A DNA stretch of 64,000 nt from Alphaproteobacteria bacterium (lineage in GTDB: Bacteria > Pseudomonadota > Alphaproteobacteria > UBA828), in contig CAXXMU010000006.1 in the NCBI GenBank assembly GCA_963667785.2, positions 576,001 through 640,000 on the forward strand, given 5' to 3'. Every line of letters begins with the position of its first letter. Within the stretch, counting starts at the first letter, position 1. The translations under genes were made by a program, and so were the position numbers. Positions 26,627 to 36,895 of the stretch are shown here, in pieces. The notes beneath the pieces are model-generated. The model was not told the origin of the DNA. It saw nothing but the letters and a program-made list of their open reading frames with translations, and ran no database searches.

Positions 26627-27499
26627 ATGACCAGCCTACGATACGAGGCGCCCGAGACGGTGGAAGACGCGGTGCGCCTGCTGGCCAATGCCGACGGCGA
26701 GGCCAGGCCGCTCGCCGGCGGCACGGACCTTCTCGTCCAGTTGCGCACGGACATGGTGCGGCCGGGCCTGATCGTCGACCTGAAGCGAATCCCGGCGCTC
26801 ATGGAGGTCGCGGCAAACGGGGCGGAGATCCGTGTCGGCGCGGCGGTCTCAGGCGCTGCACTCGGCAAGAGCGATGCCGTGAAGGCGGCGTGGCCGGGCG
26901 TGGTGGAGGCGCTCGAGCTGATCGGCTCGACCCAGATCCAGGGGCGTGCCTCGCTCGGCGGCAATCTCTGCAACGGCTCGCCCGCCGCCGACAGCGTGCC
27001 CGCGCTGATCGCCGCGGGGGCCGTGTGCGAGATCGCGGGCCCCGGCAGCACCCGCTCGCTGCCGGTGGAGGACGTGGTGACGGGCCCGGGTCAGCTTTCC
27101 CTCGGCCCCGGCGAGATCGTCGTATCGTTCGTCATGCCCAAGCCGCCGGCCCGCTCGGGCGACGCCTACCTGCGCTTCATCCCGCGCACCGAGATGGACA
27201 TCGCCGTGGTCGGCGCCGGCGTCGCGCTCACGCTCGACGAGGCGGGCGTCTGTACCCACGCGAGGCTGGGGCTCGGTGCGGTCGCGCCCCGGCCGCTGCT
27301 GGTGGAGGCGGGCGCCGAGGCGTTGATCGGCACGCGGGTGGACGACGACGCGCTCGCCAACCTTGCGGCGGCCGCGAGCGCCGCCTGCGATCCCATCGAC
27401 GACAAGCGCGGGACGATCGAATACCGGGTCAAGGTGGCGGGGGTGCTGGCCAGGCGGGCCGCGCTCATCGCCCTGGAGCGTGCGAGGAGCAACGGCTGA
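26627..27499 (+). CDS. Xanthine dehydrogenase-family FAD subunit (CoxM/CutM-like)
   Basis: LAGGTDL, QIQGRASLGGNLCNGSPAADS and PIDDKRGTIEYR motifs. Confidence 0.92.
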   Translation: MTSLRYEAPETVEDAVRLLANADGEARPLAGGTDLLVQLRTDMVRPGLIVDLKRIPALMEVAANGAEIRVGAAVSGAALGKSDAVKAAWPGVVEALELIGSTQIQGRASLGGNLCNGSPAADSVPALIAAGAVCEIAGPGSTRSLPVEDVVTGPGQLSLGPGEIVVSFVMPKPPARSGDAYLRFIPRTEMDIAVVGAGVALTLDEAGVCTHARLGLGAVAPRPLLVEAGAEALIGTRVDDDALANLAAAASAACDPIDDKRGTIEYRVKVAGVLARRAALIALERARSNG

Positions 27500-27975
27500 T
27501 GGCGAAGTATCACGTGACCACCAGCGTCAACGGCGAGCCGACGGAGTTCCTCTGCTCGGCCGAGCAGACGCTCCTCGACGTGCTCCGCGACGAGCTGGAG
27601 CTCACCGGCACCAAGGAGGGCTGCGCCACCGGCGACTGCGGTGCCTGCAGCGTGACCGTGGACGGCACCCTCGTCTGCGCCTGCCTGATGCTCGGCACTG
27701 AGGCCGAGGGCCGCGAGATCGGCACCATCGAGGGCCTGGCCGAAGGCGACACGCTGCACCCGCTGCAGCAGCAGTTCCTCGAGGATGCGGCGCTGCAGTG
27801 CGGCATCTGCACGCCGGGCTTCCTGGTCGCCGCCAAGGCGCTTCTGGACGAGAATCCGGACCCGACCGAGACCGAAGCGCGCTACTGGCTGGCTGGCAAC
27901 CTCTGCCGCTGCACCGGCTACGACAAGATCATCCGCGCCGTGATGACGACGGCAGCCGAGCTGAGAGGAGAATAG
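27499..27975 (+). CDS. Xanthine dehydrogenase-family 2Fe-2S subunit (CoxS-like)
   Basis: GTKEGCATGDCGAC, QCGICTPG and GNLCRCTGY motifs; TGATG coupling to the upstream gene. Confidence 0.94.
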   Translation: MAKYHVTTSVNGEPTEFLCSAEQTLLDVLRDELELTGTKEGCATGDCGACSVTVDGTLVCACLMLGTEAEGREIGTIEGLAEGDTLHPLQQQFLEDAALQCGICTPGFLVAAKALLDENPDPTETEARYWLAGNLCRCTGYDKIIRAVMTTAAELRGE

Positions 27976-27978
27976 TCG

Positions 27979-30282
27979 ATGGCAACCGCCAAGCAGGAGA
28001 TCGGGAACGGCAACGGCTCGCTCAAGTATGTCGGCACGCGGCCGGTCCGCCCGGACGGAGTCGACAAGGTAACCGGCAGGGCCAGGTTCGGTGCCGACAT
28101 ATCGCTGCCCGGGATGCTGGTGGGCCGGGTGCTCCGCAGCCCGCATGCACATGCGCGCATCCGCTCCATCGATACCTCGAAGGCCCGGGCGCTGCCGGGC
28201 GTGAAGGCGGTCGTCACCCGTGACGAGATGCCGGAGGTTCCTTCCCAGTGGGTGCCGGCCGGCGAGGTCCAGGTCAACTACCGCGACATGTCCCAGAACG
28301 TCATGGCGCGGGAGAAGGCGCTCTACGACGGCCACGCCGTCGCCGCCGTGGCCGCGACGTCCGCCGCCATCGCCAAGCAGGCACTCGACCTGATCGAGGT
28401 GGACTACGAGGTGCTGCCGCACGTGATCGACGTGCGCGAGGCGATGAAGCCGGACGCGCCCGTGCTGCACGACGACATGTTCACCCAGGGCGTGGAGCCT
28501 GTGCCGGAGACGCCGTCGAACGTCTTCAAGAAGGTCTACTTCTCGACGGGCGACCTGGAGAAGGGATTCACCGAGGCCGACGTGATCGTCGAGCGCACCT
28601 TCACCACCAAGCCGGTCCACCAGGGCTACATCGAGCCCCACGCGGTGGTCGCGAGCGCCGGCGAGGACGGGCAGTGCGAGGTCTGGTGCTGCACCCAGGG
28701 GCAGTTCACCGTGCGCGCCTACTGCGCCAACCTGCTCGGCATCGACATCGGCAACATCAACGTGACCCCGTCGGAGATCGGCGGCGGCTTCGGCGGCAAG
28801 ACCGTGGTCTATCTGGAGCCGATCGCGCTCAGGCTCTCCCAGCTCGCCGGCCGGCCGGTCAAGATCGTGATGTCGCGCGAGGAGGTTTTCCGGGCCAGCG
28901 GGCCGACCTCGGGTGGCGCCATGACGATCAAGATGGGCGCCACCAGGGACGGCAGGATCACCGCCGCCAAGGCGTGGCTCGCCTATCAGGCCGGCGCCTT
29001 CCCCGGCTCGCCGATCCAGCCCGGCTGCATGTGCGTCTTCGCCCCCTATGACATCGAGAACGCCGAGGTCGAGGGCTTCGACGTCGTGGTGAACCGGCCC
29101 AAGGTCGCTGCCTACCGCGCGCCGGGGGCGCCGATCTCCGAGTTCGCGGCCGAGGCCGTGGTCGACGAGATCGCCAAGACGCTCGATATCGACCCCGCCG
29201 AGTTCCGCATCATGAACGCGGCGAAGGAGGGCACCCGCGCGCTCTACGGGCCCAAGTTCGGCCCGGTCGGCTGCATCGAGACGCTGGAGGCCGCGCGCAG
29301 CAGCGAGCACTACAAAACGCCGCTCGGCCCCAACCAGGGGCGCGGCATCGCCACCGGCTTCTGGTTCAACATCGGCGGCGAATCCTGCGCCACCATCAAC
29401 GTCAACGAGGACGGCACGGCGACCGTGATCGAGGGCAACCCCGACATCGGCGGCTCGCGCGCCTCGATCCAGCTCCAGGCGGCCGAGGCCCTCGGCATCC
29501 CGCCGGAGAGGGTGCGCCCGCTGGTCGCCGACACCAACTCCATCGGCTACACCTTCCTCACCGGCGGCAGCCGCGTCACCTTCGCCACCGGCATGGCGGC
29601 GATCGAGGCGGCAGGCAAGATCGTCGAGCAGCTGCGCGAGCGTGCCGCCAAGATCTGGGACATCCCCATCGAGGCGGTGGAATGGGAGGACGGCTACGCC
29701 AAGCCCGCCGGCAGCAATGCCGGCGAGTTCGAGCCCATGAGCCTCGGCGAGATCGCGGCCCAGGCCGGCAAGACCGGCGGCCCGATCGCGGCGACGGCGT
29801 CCATCAACGCGCAAGGGGCGGGCCCCGGCTTCGGCACCCATGTATGCGACGTGGAGGTCGACCGCGAGACTGGGCGTGTCACCGTTCTCCGCTACACCGC
29901 GGTGCAGGATGCCGGCAAGGCGGTCCACCCGAGCTACGTCGAGGGCCAGATCCAGGGCGGCGCCGCCCAGGGCATCGGCTGGGCGCTCAACGAGGAGTAC
30001 ATCTACGACGAGCAGGGCCGGCTGGAGAATCCCGGCTTCCTCGACTACCGCATGCCCGTGGCCTCCGACCTGCCGATGATCGACGCGGTCATCGTCGAGG
30101 TGCCGAACCCGAATCACCCCTACGGCGTGCGCGGCGTCGGCGAGACCCCGATTGTGCCGCCGATGGCGGCGGTCGCGAACGCGATCGAGAACGCGACCGG
30201 CATCCGCATGACCGATCTGCCGATGTCGCCGCCCAGGCTCTTGGCGGCGATGGACAACGGCGGGGCCAACGGCGGCGGCTGA
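27979..30282 (+). CDS. Xanthine dehydrogenase-family molybdopterin subunit
   Basis: LRSPHAHARI, IGGGFGGK, VEGQIQGGAAQGIG and GVRGVGE motifs; active-site loop AYRAPG, not a CODH loop. Confidence 0.94.
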   Translation: MATAKQEIGNGNGSLKYVGTRPVRPDGVDKVTGRARFGADISLPGMLVGRVLRSPHAHARIRSIDTSKARALPGVKAVVTRDEMPEVPSQWVPAGEVQVNYRDMSQNVMAREKALYDGHAVAAVAATSAAIAKQALDLIEVDYEVLPHVIDVREAMKPDAPVLHDDMFTQGVEPVPETPSNVFKKVYFSTGDLEKGFTEADVIVERTFTTKPVHQGYIEPHAVVASAGEDGQCEVWCCTQGQFTVRAYCANLLGIDIGNINVTPSEIGGGFGGKTVVYLEPIALRLSQLAGRPVKIVMSREEVFRASGPTSGGAMTIKMGATRDGRITAAKAWLAYQAGAFPGSPIQPGCMCVFAPYDIENAEVEGFDVVVNRPKVAAYRAPGAPISEFAAEAVVDEIAKTLDIDPAEFRIMNAAKEGTRALYGPKFGPVGCIETLEAARSSEHYKTPLGPNQGRGIATGFWFNIGGESCATINVNEDGTATVIEGNPDIGGSRASIQLQAAEALGIPPERVRPLVADTNSIGYTFLTGGSRVTFATGMAAIEAAGKIVEQLRERAAKIWDIPIEAVEWEDGYAKPAGSNAGEFEPMSLGEIAAQAGKTGGPIAATASINAQGAGPGFGTHVCDVEVDRETGRVTVLRYTAVQDAGKAVHPSYVEGQIQGGAAQGIGWALNEEYIYDEQGRLENPGFLDYRMPVASDLPMIDAVIVEVPNPNHPYGVRGVGETPIVPPMAAVANAIENATGIRMTDLPMSPPRLLAAMDNGGANGGG

Positions 30283-30286
30283 GCTC

Positions 30287-30532
30287 TTGGCGCGGGTCGT
30301 CCTGCCGTCGAGCCTCGCCCGCTACACCGGCGGGATCACCGAGCTCGAGGTCGAGGCGGCCGACATTCGGGGCGTGATCCGCGCGCTGGACGCCCGCTAC
30401 ACGGGCATCGGGCGCGAGCTGGAGGAGGGCATGGCCGTCGCCCTCGATGGCCAGATCCACCAGGACGACCTGTTCGCCACGGTCCGGCCTGAGAGCGAGG
30501 TCTGCTTCCTGCCCCGGATCGGTGGCGGATAG
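30287..30532 (+). CDS. MoaD/ThiS-family sulfur carrier
   Basis: 81-aa ubiquitin-like protein ending in IGGG. Confidence 0.85.
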   Translation: MARVVLPSSLARYTGGITELEVEAADIRGVIRALDARYTGIGRELEEGMAVALDGQIHQDDLFATVRPESEVCFLPRIGGG

Positions 30533-30550
30533 TTCGAGGCCCGAGGACGC

Positions 30551-31759
30551 CTACTCCGCCGCCGTGGGGGCGGCAGCGTCGCGGCCGGTGAGGCCGAGCC
30601 AGGCGAGGCCCGCCAGCACCACGGCCAGGAAGGGCAGCACGGCGTAGTTCATCGCCTGCCAGCCCACCGCCTCGTGCAGCGCGCCGGAGAGCAGCGCCGC
30701 CGCAGCCACGCCGGTGAAGACGGTGAAGTCGTGGGCGGCTTGGGTCTTCGCCTTCTCCGCCGGGCTGTGAATCTCGGTCACCAGCGTCGTACCGCCGGTG
30801 AACAGGAAGTTCCAGCCGACCCCCAGCAGGACCAGGGCGAGCTGGAAGTTGACCAGCTCTATGCCCTGGAGGTTGGCGACGGCGCAGAGCCCGATCAGCA
30901 GCGCGCCGCAGGCCATGATCGTCTTCGTTCCGAAACGCCTGATCAGGTGGCCGGTGACAAAGGCGGGCGCGAACATGCCGAGCACGTGCCACTGGATCGT
31001 CTGCGCCGAGTCCGAGAAACCGAAGCCGCAGAACTTCATGGCCAGCGGGGTCGCGGTCATCAGCAGCGACATCATCGCGTAACCGACCAGTGAGCCGAGC
31101 ACGGCGACCACGAACGTCGGCTGACGCATGATGGTGAGCAGCGGCCGGCCCGTGCTGCTGCGCTCCTCCTCGTCGGGCGGCGGAATGGTGATGAAACGCA
31201 GCACCACGAGCGTGGCCACGTAGAGCGCGGCCACGCTGGCGAAGACGCCCGCGAAGGCGATGGGTGCGAACAGGTCCTGCGACCAGTCGGCGAGCAGCGG
31301 GCCCACAGAGGCGATCACGCCGCCGGCCAGTACCAGCGAGATCGCCCGGCTCTTGAAGGCCTCGCTTGCGGCGTCGGCGGCGGCGAAACGGTAGTACTGG
31401 GCGAAACCGTTGGCGCCGCCGATCAGCGCAAGGCCTGCGCAGAAGAGTACGAAGCTCCCTTCCATGATCGCCCAGAAGCCGATGAGCGCGCCGGCAAGCC
31501 CGATGACGGCGCCCACGGTGAAGCCGTCGCGCCGGCCGATGCGCTTCATCAGCAGCGATGCCGGCACCGTCGCCACCATCGTCATCACGAACTGGATGCC
31601 GATCGGGAGCGTCGCCAGCACCTTGGTATCGGCGAGCCCATGCCCGATCAGGGCGGCCGCAGCGACCACCGCTGACATCGAGGTGAGGAAGAGCGCCTGG
31701 CAGGTGGCGAGGAGCGCCACGTCGCGGGCGCCTGAGCGGACCATGCCCGACGATAGCAC
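30551..31759 (-). CDS. MFS transporter
   Basis: About 12 TMs; YRFAAADA, IQWHVLGMFAP and LLGVGWNFLF motifs. Confidence 0.9.
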   Translation of the reverse strand: MLSSGMVRSGARDVALLATCQALFLTSMSAVVAAAALIGHGLADTKVLATLPIGIQFVMTMVATVPASLLMKRIGRRDGFTVGAVIGLAGALIGFWAIMEGSFVLFCAGLALIGGANGFAQYYRFAAADAASEAFKSRAISLVLAGGVIASVGPLLADWSQDLFAPIAFAGVFASVAALYVATLVVLRFITIPPPDEEERSSTGRPLLTIMRQPTFVVAVLGSLVGYAMMSLLMTATPLAMKFCGFGFSDSAQTIQWHVLGMFAPAFVTGHLIRRFGTKTIMACGALLIGLCAVANLQGIELVNFQLALVLLGVGWNFLFTGGTTLVTEIHSPAEKAKTQAAHDFTVFTGVAAAALLSGALHEAVGWQAMNYAVLPFLAVVLAGLAWLGLTGRDAAAPTAAE

Positions 31760-31896
31760 ATCGCGCCGGCGCCCGGCCGGGATCGCACGCGCCTAGGCTT
31801 GCCGGCGACGCCGGATGCGCGCATCCTGCCGCGCCGCTCCGGCCGTGCGGGCACGGCCGGAGCCGCCTGAGGGCGCCAGATCCCGGAGCCCACGCC

Positions 31897-32232
31897 ATGA
31901 GCAGCCGCATCCTCTGTCGCCTCGACGAGATTCCCGATCCGGGGTCGAAGGGATTCGAATTCGGAGAGGGCGCCGGGCTGCGCTCGATCTTCGTCGTGCG
32001 GGCCGGCTCCGAGGTGCACGCCTACGAGAATTCCTGCCCGCACACCGACGGCCCGCTGGACTGGGTGCCGGACCAGTTCCTCACCCTGGAGAAGGACATG
32101 ATCCAGTGCGCCACCCACGGCGCGGTCTTTCGCATCGAGGACGGCTACTGCATCGCCGGCCCCTGCACCGGCGACAGCCTCACGCCGATCCCGGCGCGGA
32201 TCGAGGGCGATTCGGTCGCCGTCGACCTCTAA
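31897..32232 (+). CDS. Rieske 2Fe-2S ferredoxin
   Basis: NSCPH...IQCATHGA Rieske ligands. Confidence 0.9.
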   Translation: MSSRILCRLDEIPDPGSKGFEFGEGAGLRSIFVVRAGSEVHAYENSCPHTDGPLDWVPDQFLTLEKDMIQCATHGAVFRIEDGYCIAGPCTGDSLTPIPARIEGDSVAVDL

Positions 32233-32321
32233 CCGTATATAATCCCGCCCCGCCGAGACGCTCGGCCGTTCCACGCCCGCCCCGCCACAGGGGCGATCCA
32301 CCAGGGAGGCGATGCGCCACG

Positions 32322-34265
32322 ATGTCGGAGACCGAGCTGTTCCCCGTGCCGGACGGCCTCGACCGCACGGCCCATTGCGACGACGCGACCTACCGCGCCT
32401 GGTACGCCCGCTCGATCGAGGACCCGGAGGGGTTCTGGGCCGAGCACGGCAGGCGGATCGACTGGATCAGGCCCTACACGAAGGTCAAGGACGTCTCCTA
32501 CCTAGCAGACGACCTGCACATCCGCTGGTTCGAGGACGGCACGCTGAACGCGTGTGCCAACTGCGTCGACCGTCACCTCGAAGACCGCGGCGACCAGGTG
32601 GCGATCATCTGGGAAGGCGACGACCCGGCGGAGGACTCCACCCTCACCTACCGCGAGCTCCACGAGGCGGTGAGCCGCTTCGCCAACGGCCTCCTCTCCC
32701 TCGGCGCAAGCAAGGGCGACCGCATCACCATCTACCTGCCCATGATCCCGGAGGCGGCTATCGCCATGCTCGCCTGCGCGCGGATCGGCGCGATCCACTC
32801 CGTGGTGTTCGGCGGCTTCTCGCCGGATTCGCTGGCGGGCCGCATCCAGGACTGCGATTCCACGCTCATCATCACCGCCGACGAAGGCCTGCGCGGCGGC
32901 CGCGCGATCCCGCTCAAGGCCAACACGGACGCGGCGCTCGCAAGCTGCCCCAGCATCCGGAAGTGCGTGGTGGTGAAGCGCACCGGCGGCGAGATCGGCT
33001 GGGTGGAGGGCCGCGACGTCTGGTACCACGACCTGGTGGCGGGCGCGTCCGCCGACTGCCCGCCGGCGGAGATGGGGGCGGAAGACCCGCTCTTCATCCT
33101 CTACACCTCGGGCTCGACGGGTAAGCCCAAGGGCGTGCTGCATACCACCGGCGGCTACATGGTCTACGCCTCGATGACCCACCAGTACGTCTTCGACTAC
33201 CACGAGGGCGAGATCTACTGGTGCACGGCCGATGTCGGCTGGGTCACCGGCCACAGCTACATCCTCTACGGGCCGCTCGCCAACGGGGCGACGACGCTGA
33301 TGTTCGAGGGGGTGCCCAACTATCCCGACGCCTCGCGCCACTGGCAGGTCTGCGACAAGCACGGCGTCAACATCTACTACACCGCACCCACCGCCATCCG
33401 TGCGCTGATGCGCGAGGGCGAGGGGCCGGTGCGGAAGACCTCGCGCGCCTCGCTCCAGCTGCTGGGCTCCGTGGGCGAGCCGATCAACCCCGAGGCATGG
33501 CTCTGGTACCACCGGGTGGCGGGGGACGGCCGCTGCCCCATCGTCGACACATGGTGGCAGACCGAGACCGGCGGCATCCTCATCACGCCGCTGCCCGGTG
33601 CCACGGCGCTGAAGCCCGGCTCCGCCACGCGCCCCTTCTTCGGCGTGCGCCCGCTGATCGTCGATCAGGAAGGGAACGAGCTCGAAGGCGCATGCTCGGG
33701 CCTCCTCTGCCTCGCCGACTCCTGGCCGGGGCAGATGCGCACGGTCTATGGTGATCACAAGCGCTTCGTCGAGACCTACTTCTCGCAGTATCCGGGCCGT
33801 TACTTCACCGGCGACGGCGCGCGGCGTGACGAGGACGGCTACTACTGGATCACCGGCCGCGTCGACGACGTGCTCAACGTCTCCGGCCACCGCATGGGCA
33901 CGGCCGAGGTGGAGAGCGCGCTGGTGGCCCATCCGGCGGTCTCGGAATCGGCGGTGGTGGGCTATCCCCACGAGATCAAGGGCCAGGGCATCTACGCCTA
34001 CGTGACGCTCACCGCCGGCCACGAGCCCAGCGAGGACCTGCGCGGCGAGCTCAGCCGCTGGGTACGGAAGGAGATCGGCCCCATCGCGACGCCCGATCTC
34101 ATCCAGTGGGCGCCGGGGCTGCCCAAGACCCGGTCCGGCAAGATCATGCGCCGCATCCTGCGGAAGATCGCGGCGGGTGAGCACGATGAGCTCGGCGACA
34201 CCTCCACCCTCGCCGACCCGGCGGTGGTGGACGACCTGGTCGAGAACCGGATGAACCGGGCGTGA
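32322..34265 (+). CDS. acs: Acetate--CoA ligase
   Basis: [36 protein letters not shown] and [11 protein letters not shown] motifs. Confidence 0.97.
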   Translation: MSETELFPVPDGLDRTAHCDDATYRAWYARSIEDPEGFWAEHGRRIDWIRPYTKVKDVSYLADDLHIRWFEDGTLNACANCVDRHLEDRGDQVAIIWEGDDPAEDSTLTYRELHEAVSRFANGLLSLGASKGDRITIYLPMIPEAAIAMLACARIGAIHSVVFGGFSPDSLAGRIQDCDSTLIITADEGLRGGRAIPLKANTDAALASCPSIRKCVVVKRTGGEIGWVEGRDVWYHDLVAGASADCPPAEMGAEDPLFILYTSGSTGKPKGVLHTTGGYMVYASMTHQYVFDYHEGEIYWCTADVGWVTGHSYILYGPLANGATTLMFEGVPNYPDASRHWQVCDKHGVNIYYTAPTAIRALMREGEGPVRKTSRASLQLLGSVGEPINPEAWLWYHRVAGDGRCPIVDTWWQTETGGILITPLPGATALKPGSATRPFFGVRPLIVDQEGNELEGACSGLLCLADSWPGQMRTVYGDHKRFVETYFSQYPGRYFTGDGARRDEDGYYWITGRVDDVLNVSGHRMGTAEVESALVAHPAVSESAVVGYPHEIKGQGIYAYVTLTAGHEPSEDLRGELSRWVRKEIGPIATPDLIQWAPGLPKTRSGKIMRRILRKIAAGEHDELGDTSTLADPAVVDDLVENRMNRA

Positions 34266-34307
34266 GGCGCCCTTCCGCGCTCCCCCTGTCGAGAGCAGCC
34301 GACGACT

Positions 34308-35837
34308 ATGTCTGAGCCTTCCGACATCCACGCGCTGCTGGAGCGGGGCGGCGGCCACGACATCGCCATCGCGGCACCGGAGCGGGAACCGCTCACCTAC
34401 GGCGGCCTGCGCGATCAGGTCGGGCGCGCGGGCGCGGCGCTCGGCAAGGCGGGCATCGGCGCTGGCGATCGGGTCGCGATCGTGCTCCCCAACGGGCCGG
34501 AGATGGCGGCGTGCTTCCTCGCCACCGCGGCGCATGCCACGGCGGCGCCGCTCAACCCCGCTTACCGCGTGGACGAGTTCGCCTTCTACCTGGAGGACCT
34601 GCGCGCGAGCGCGCTGATCCTCGAGGCCGGCACGGGCGGCGCGGCAGTGGAGGCGGCCGAGCGGGTGGGCGTGCCGATCATCGGGCTCGTGCCGGACACG
34701 CACGCGGGCGCCGGCCGCTTCAGCCTCGATGCGCCGGCCGGCGCAGCCCGGCGCGGGAACGGCGACGGGGCGGAGGGTTCGGACGATGCGGCGCTGGTGC
34801 TGCACACCTCGGGCACCACGTCGCGGCCCAAGATCGTGCCGCTCTCGGGCGCCAACCTCTGCGCGTCCGCCGGCAACATCGCCGACTGGCTCTCGCTCGA
34901 GCCGGGCGACCGTTGCCTCAACATCATGCCGCTCTTCCACATCCACGGGCTGATGGCGGGCGTGATGGCCTCGCTCTCTGCCGGCGCTGCGGTGATCTGC
35001 ACGCCGGGCTTCAACGCGCTCCGCGTCTTCGGCTGGCTGGACGAGACGGCGCCGACCTGGCTCACCGCCGTGCCAACCATGCACCAGGCGATCCTCGCGC
35101 GGGCTGCGCGCAACCGCGAGATCGTGACCCGCCGCAGACTCCGGCTGCTGCGCTCGTCGTCCTCGTCGCTGCCGGCGCCGGTGATGGGCGAGCTGGAGGC
35201 GGCCTTCGATGCGCCGGTGATCGAGTCCTACGGGATGACCGAGGCCTCCCACCAGATGACCAGCAACCCGCTGCCGCCGGCGGAGCGCAGGCCGGGCGGC
35301 GTCGGGCTCGCCGCGGGGCCCGAGGTCGCGATCATGGACCAGGCTGGTACCCTCCAGCCGCCGGGAACCGAGGGCGAGGTGGTGATCCGCGGCGCCAACG
35401 TCACGCGCGGCTACGAGAACAACCCCGAGGCCAACCGGGCGGCGTTTTCGGACGGCTGGTTCCGCACCGGCGACCAGGGGGTGATGGACGCGGCCGGGTA
35501 CCTGACCCTCACCGGCCGCCTCAAGGAGATCATCAACCGGGGCGGCGAGAAGATCGCGCCGCGCGAGGTGGACGACGTGCTGATGGCGCATCCCGCCGTG
35601 GCCCAGGCGGTCGCCTTCGCGGTGCCGCACCAAAAACTCGGCGAGGACGTAGCGGCGGTGATCGTGCTGCGCGAAGGCGCCGACGCAGGCGAGCGGGAGC
35701 TGCGCGCGTTCGCCGCCGAATCGCTCGCCGACTTCAAGGTCCCCCGCACGATCCTCTTCCGCGACGAGATCCCGAAGGGGGCGACCGGCAAGCTGCAGCG
35801 CATCGGGCTTGCCGAGAAGCTGGGCCTCGCGTCGTGA
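34308..35837 (+). CDS. Acyl-CoA synthetase, oxalate--CoA ligase-like
   Basis: LHTSGTTSRPKIVPL, MPLFHIHGL, AVPTMHQ, YGMTEASHQMTSNPLP and PKGATGKLQR, the pattern of AAE3/Pcs60-type oxalyl-CoA synthetases. Confidence 0.85.
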   Translation: MSEPSDIHALLERGGGHDIAIAAPEREPLTYGGLRDQVGRAGAALGKAGIGAGDRVAIVLPNGPEMAACFLATAAHATAAPLNPAYRVDEFAFYLEDLRASALILEAGTGGAAVEAAERVGVPIIGLVPDTHAGAGRFSLDAPAGAARRGNGDGAEGSDDAALVLHTSGTTSRPKIVPLSGANLCASAGNIADWLSLEPGDRCLNIMPLFHIHGLMAGVMASLSAGAAVICTPGFNALRVFGWLDETAPTWLTAVPTMHQAILARAARNREIVTRRRLRLLRSSSSSLPAPVMGELEAAFDAPVIESYGMTEASHQMTSNPLPPAERRPGGVGLAAGPEVAIMDQAGTLQPPGTEGEVVIRGANVTRGYENNPEANRAAFSDGWFRTGDQGVMDAAGYLTLTGRLKEIINRGGEKIAPREVDDVLMAHPAVAQAVAFAVPHQKLGEDVAAVIVLREGADAGERELRAFAAESLADFKVPRTILFRDEIPKGATGKLQRIGLAEKLGLAS

Positions 35838-36823
35838 AGATCTGCATCGTCGGCGCCGGCGCCATCGGTGCCTGTTTCGGGCTGGAGCTTGCAGAGGGCG
35901 GCGTCGAGGTCTCGCTGATCGCGCGCGGACCCCATCTCGCGGCCATGCAGGCGAAGGGCGTTCGCGTGCGGGCCGGCGGCGAGGAGCGCCGGGCCGAAGT
36001 GCGCGCGACCGACGATCCCGCCGAGCTCGGCCCGCAGGACGCGGTCATCATCACGCTGAAGGCACATTCCGTGCCCGGCATCTGCCCGCGGCTCGTACCG
36101 TTGCTCGGGCCGGAGACCGCGGTGGTCACCGCGTCGAACGGCGTGCCCTGGTGGTACTTCCACCGGCTGGAGGGCCCCTGGGAGGGCCGGCGCATCGCCG
36201 CCGTGGACCCCGACGGCGCCCAGTGGGAGACGATCGGGCCCGAGCGCGCCATCGGCTGTGTGGTCTACGCCGCCGGCGAGATCGTCGAGCCCGGCGTCAT
36301 CGAGGTCGCCGCCCACCTCAGCCAGAAACGCCTGCCCTTGGGCGAGCCGGACGGCAGCCGCAGCGAGCGTGCGCTCGCGCTGAGCAAGGCCTTCATGGCC
36401 GCCGGCTACAAGGCCCCGGTGCGCACAGACATCCGTTCGGACATCTGGGTCAAGCTCTGGGGCAACCTCGCCTTCAACCCGGTGAGTGCGCTCACCGGCG
36501 CCACGCTCGAGGATATCGCGCGCGACGCGGGCACCCGCGCCGTTGTCCGCGCCATGATGGCGGAGGGGCAGGCTGTGGGCGAGGCGCTCGGCGCGCGCTT
36601 CGCCATCGACGTGGAGAAGCGCATCGCGGGCGCCGAAGGGGTCGGCGCGCACCGCACCTCCATGCTGCAGGACCTCACGCTGGGCCGGCCCATGGAGATC
36701 GAGGCGCTGGTGGGCGCGGTCTGCGAGCTCGGCCGGCTGGTGGAGGTGCCGACCCCCGCCATCGACATGGTGTATGCGCTGGTGAAGCAGCGCGCGACGG
36801 AAGCGGGGTGTTTGCCGGGGTGA
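35834..36823 (+). CDS. 2-dehydropantoate 2-reductase family protein (PanE2/oxalyl-CoA reductase-like)
   Basis: GAGAIG, NGVPWWYF, WVKLWGNLAFNP and HRTSMLQD motifs; GTGA overlap with the ligase. Confidence 0.88.
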   Translation: MKICIVGAGAIGACFGLELAEGGVEVSLIARGPHLAAMQAKGVRVRAGGEERRAEVRATDDPAELGPQDAVIITLKAHSVPGICPRLVPLLGPETAVVTASNGVPWWYFHRLEGPWEGRRIAAVDPDGAQWETIGPERAIGCVVYAAGEIVEPGVIEVAAHLSQKRLPLGEPDGSRSERALALSKAFMAAGYKAPVRTDIRSDIWVKLWGNLAFNPVSALTGATLEDIARDAGTRAVVRAMMAEGQAVGEALGARFAIDVEKRIAGAEGVGAHRTSMLQDLTLGRPMEIEALVGAVCELGRLVEVPTPAIDMVYALVKQRATEAGCLPG

Positions 36824-36895
36824 GGCGTCGCCAGCGGCTCTTCAAGACTAAAGTCGCCACAATCCCCTCTTGTTGTAGGATGATGGACTTATTCC

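Noticed and set aside
27979-30282. Annotation as aerobic CO dehydrogenase coxL
   Set aside because: The active-site loop is AYRAPG, not AYxCSFR or AYxGAGR, and there are no coxDEFG genes.
31815-32321. Apparent N-terminal extensions of acs (and likewise rpe, amt, dedA and the PanE-like gene) in the ORF track
   Set aside because: They are upstream open frames overlapping other genes; downstream starts match the family N-termini, with an RBS in most cases.
27166-35633. Long antisense ORFs (983 aa at 27166..30117 and 1043 aa at 32502..35633) and similar ones such as 1988..4546
   Set aside because: They mirror well-supported genes on the opposite strand, lack motifs, and are expected from stop-codon scarcity at this GC content.
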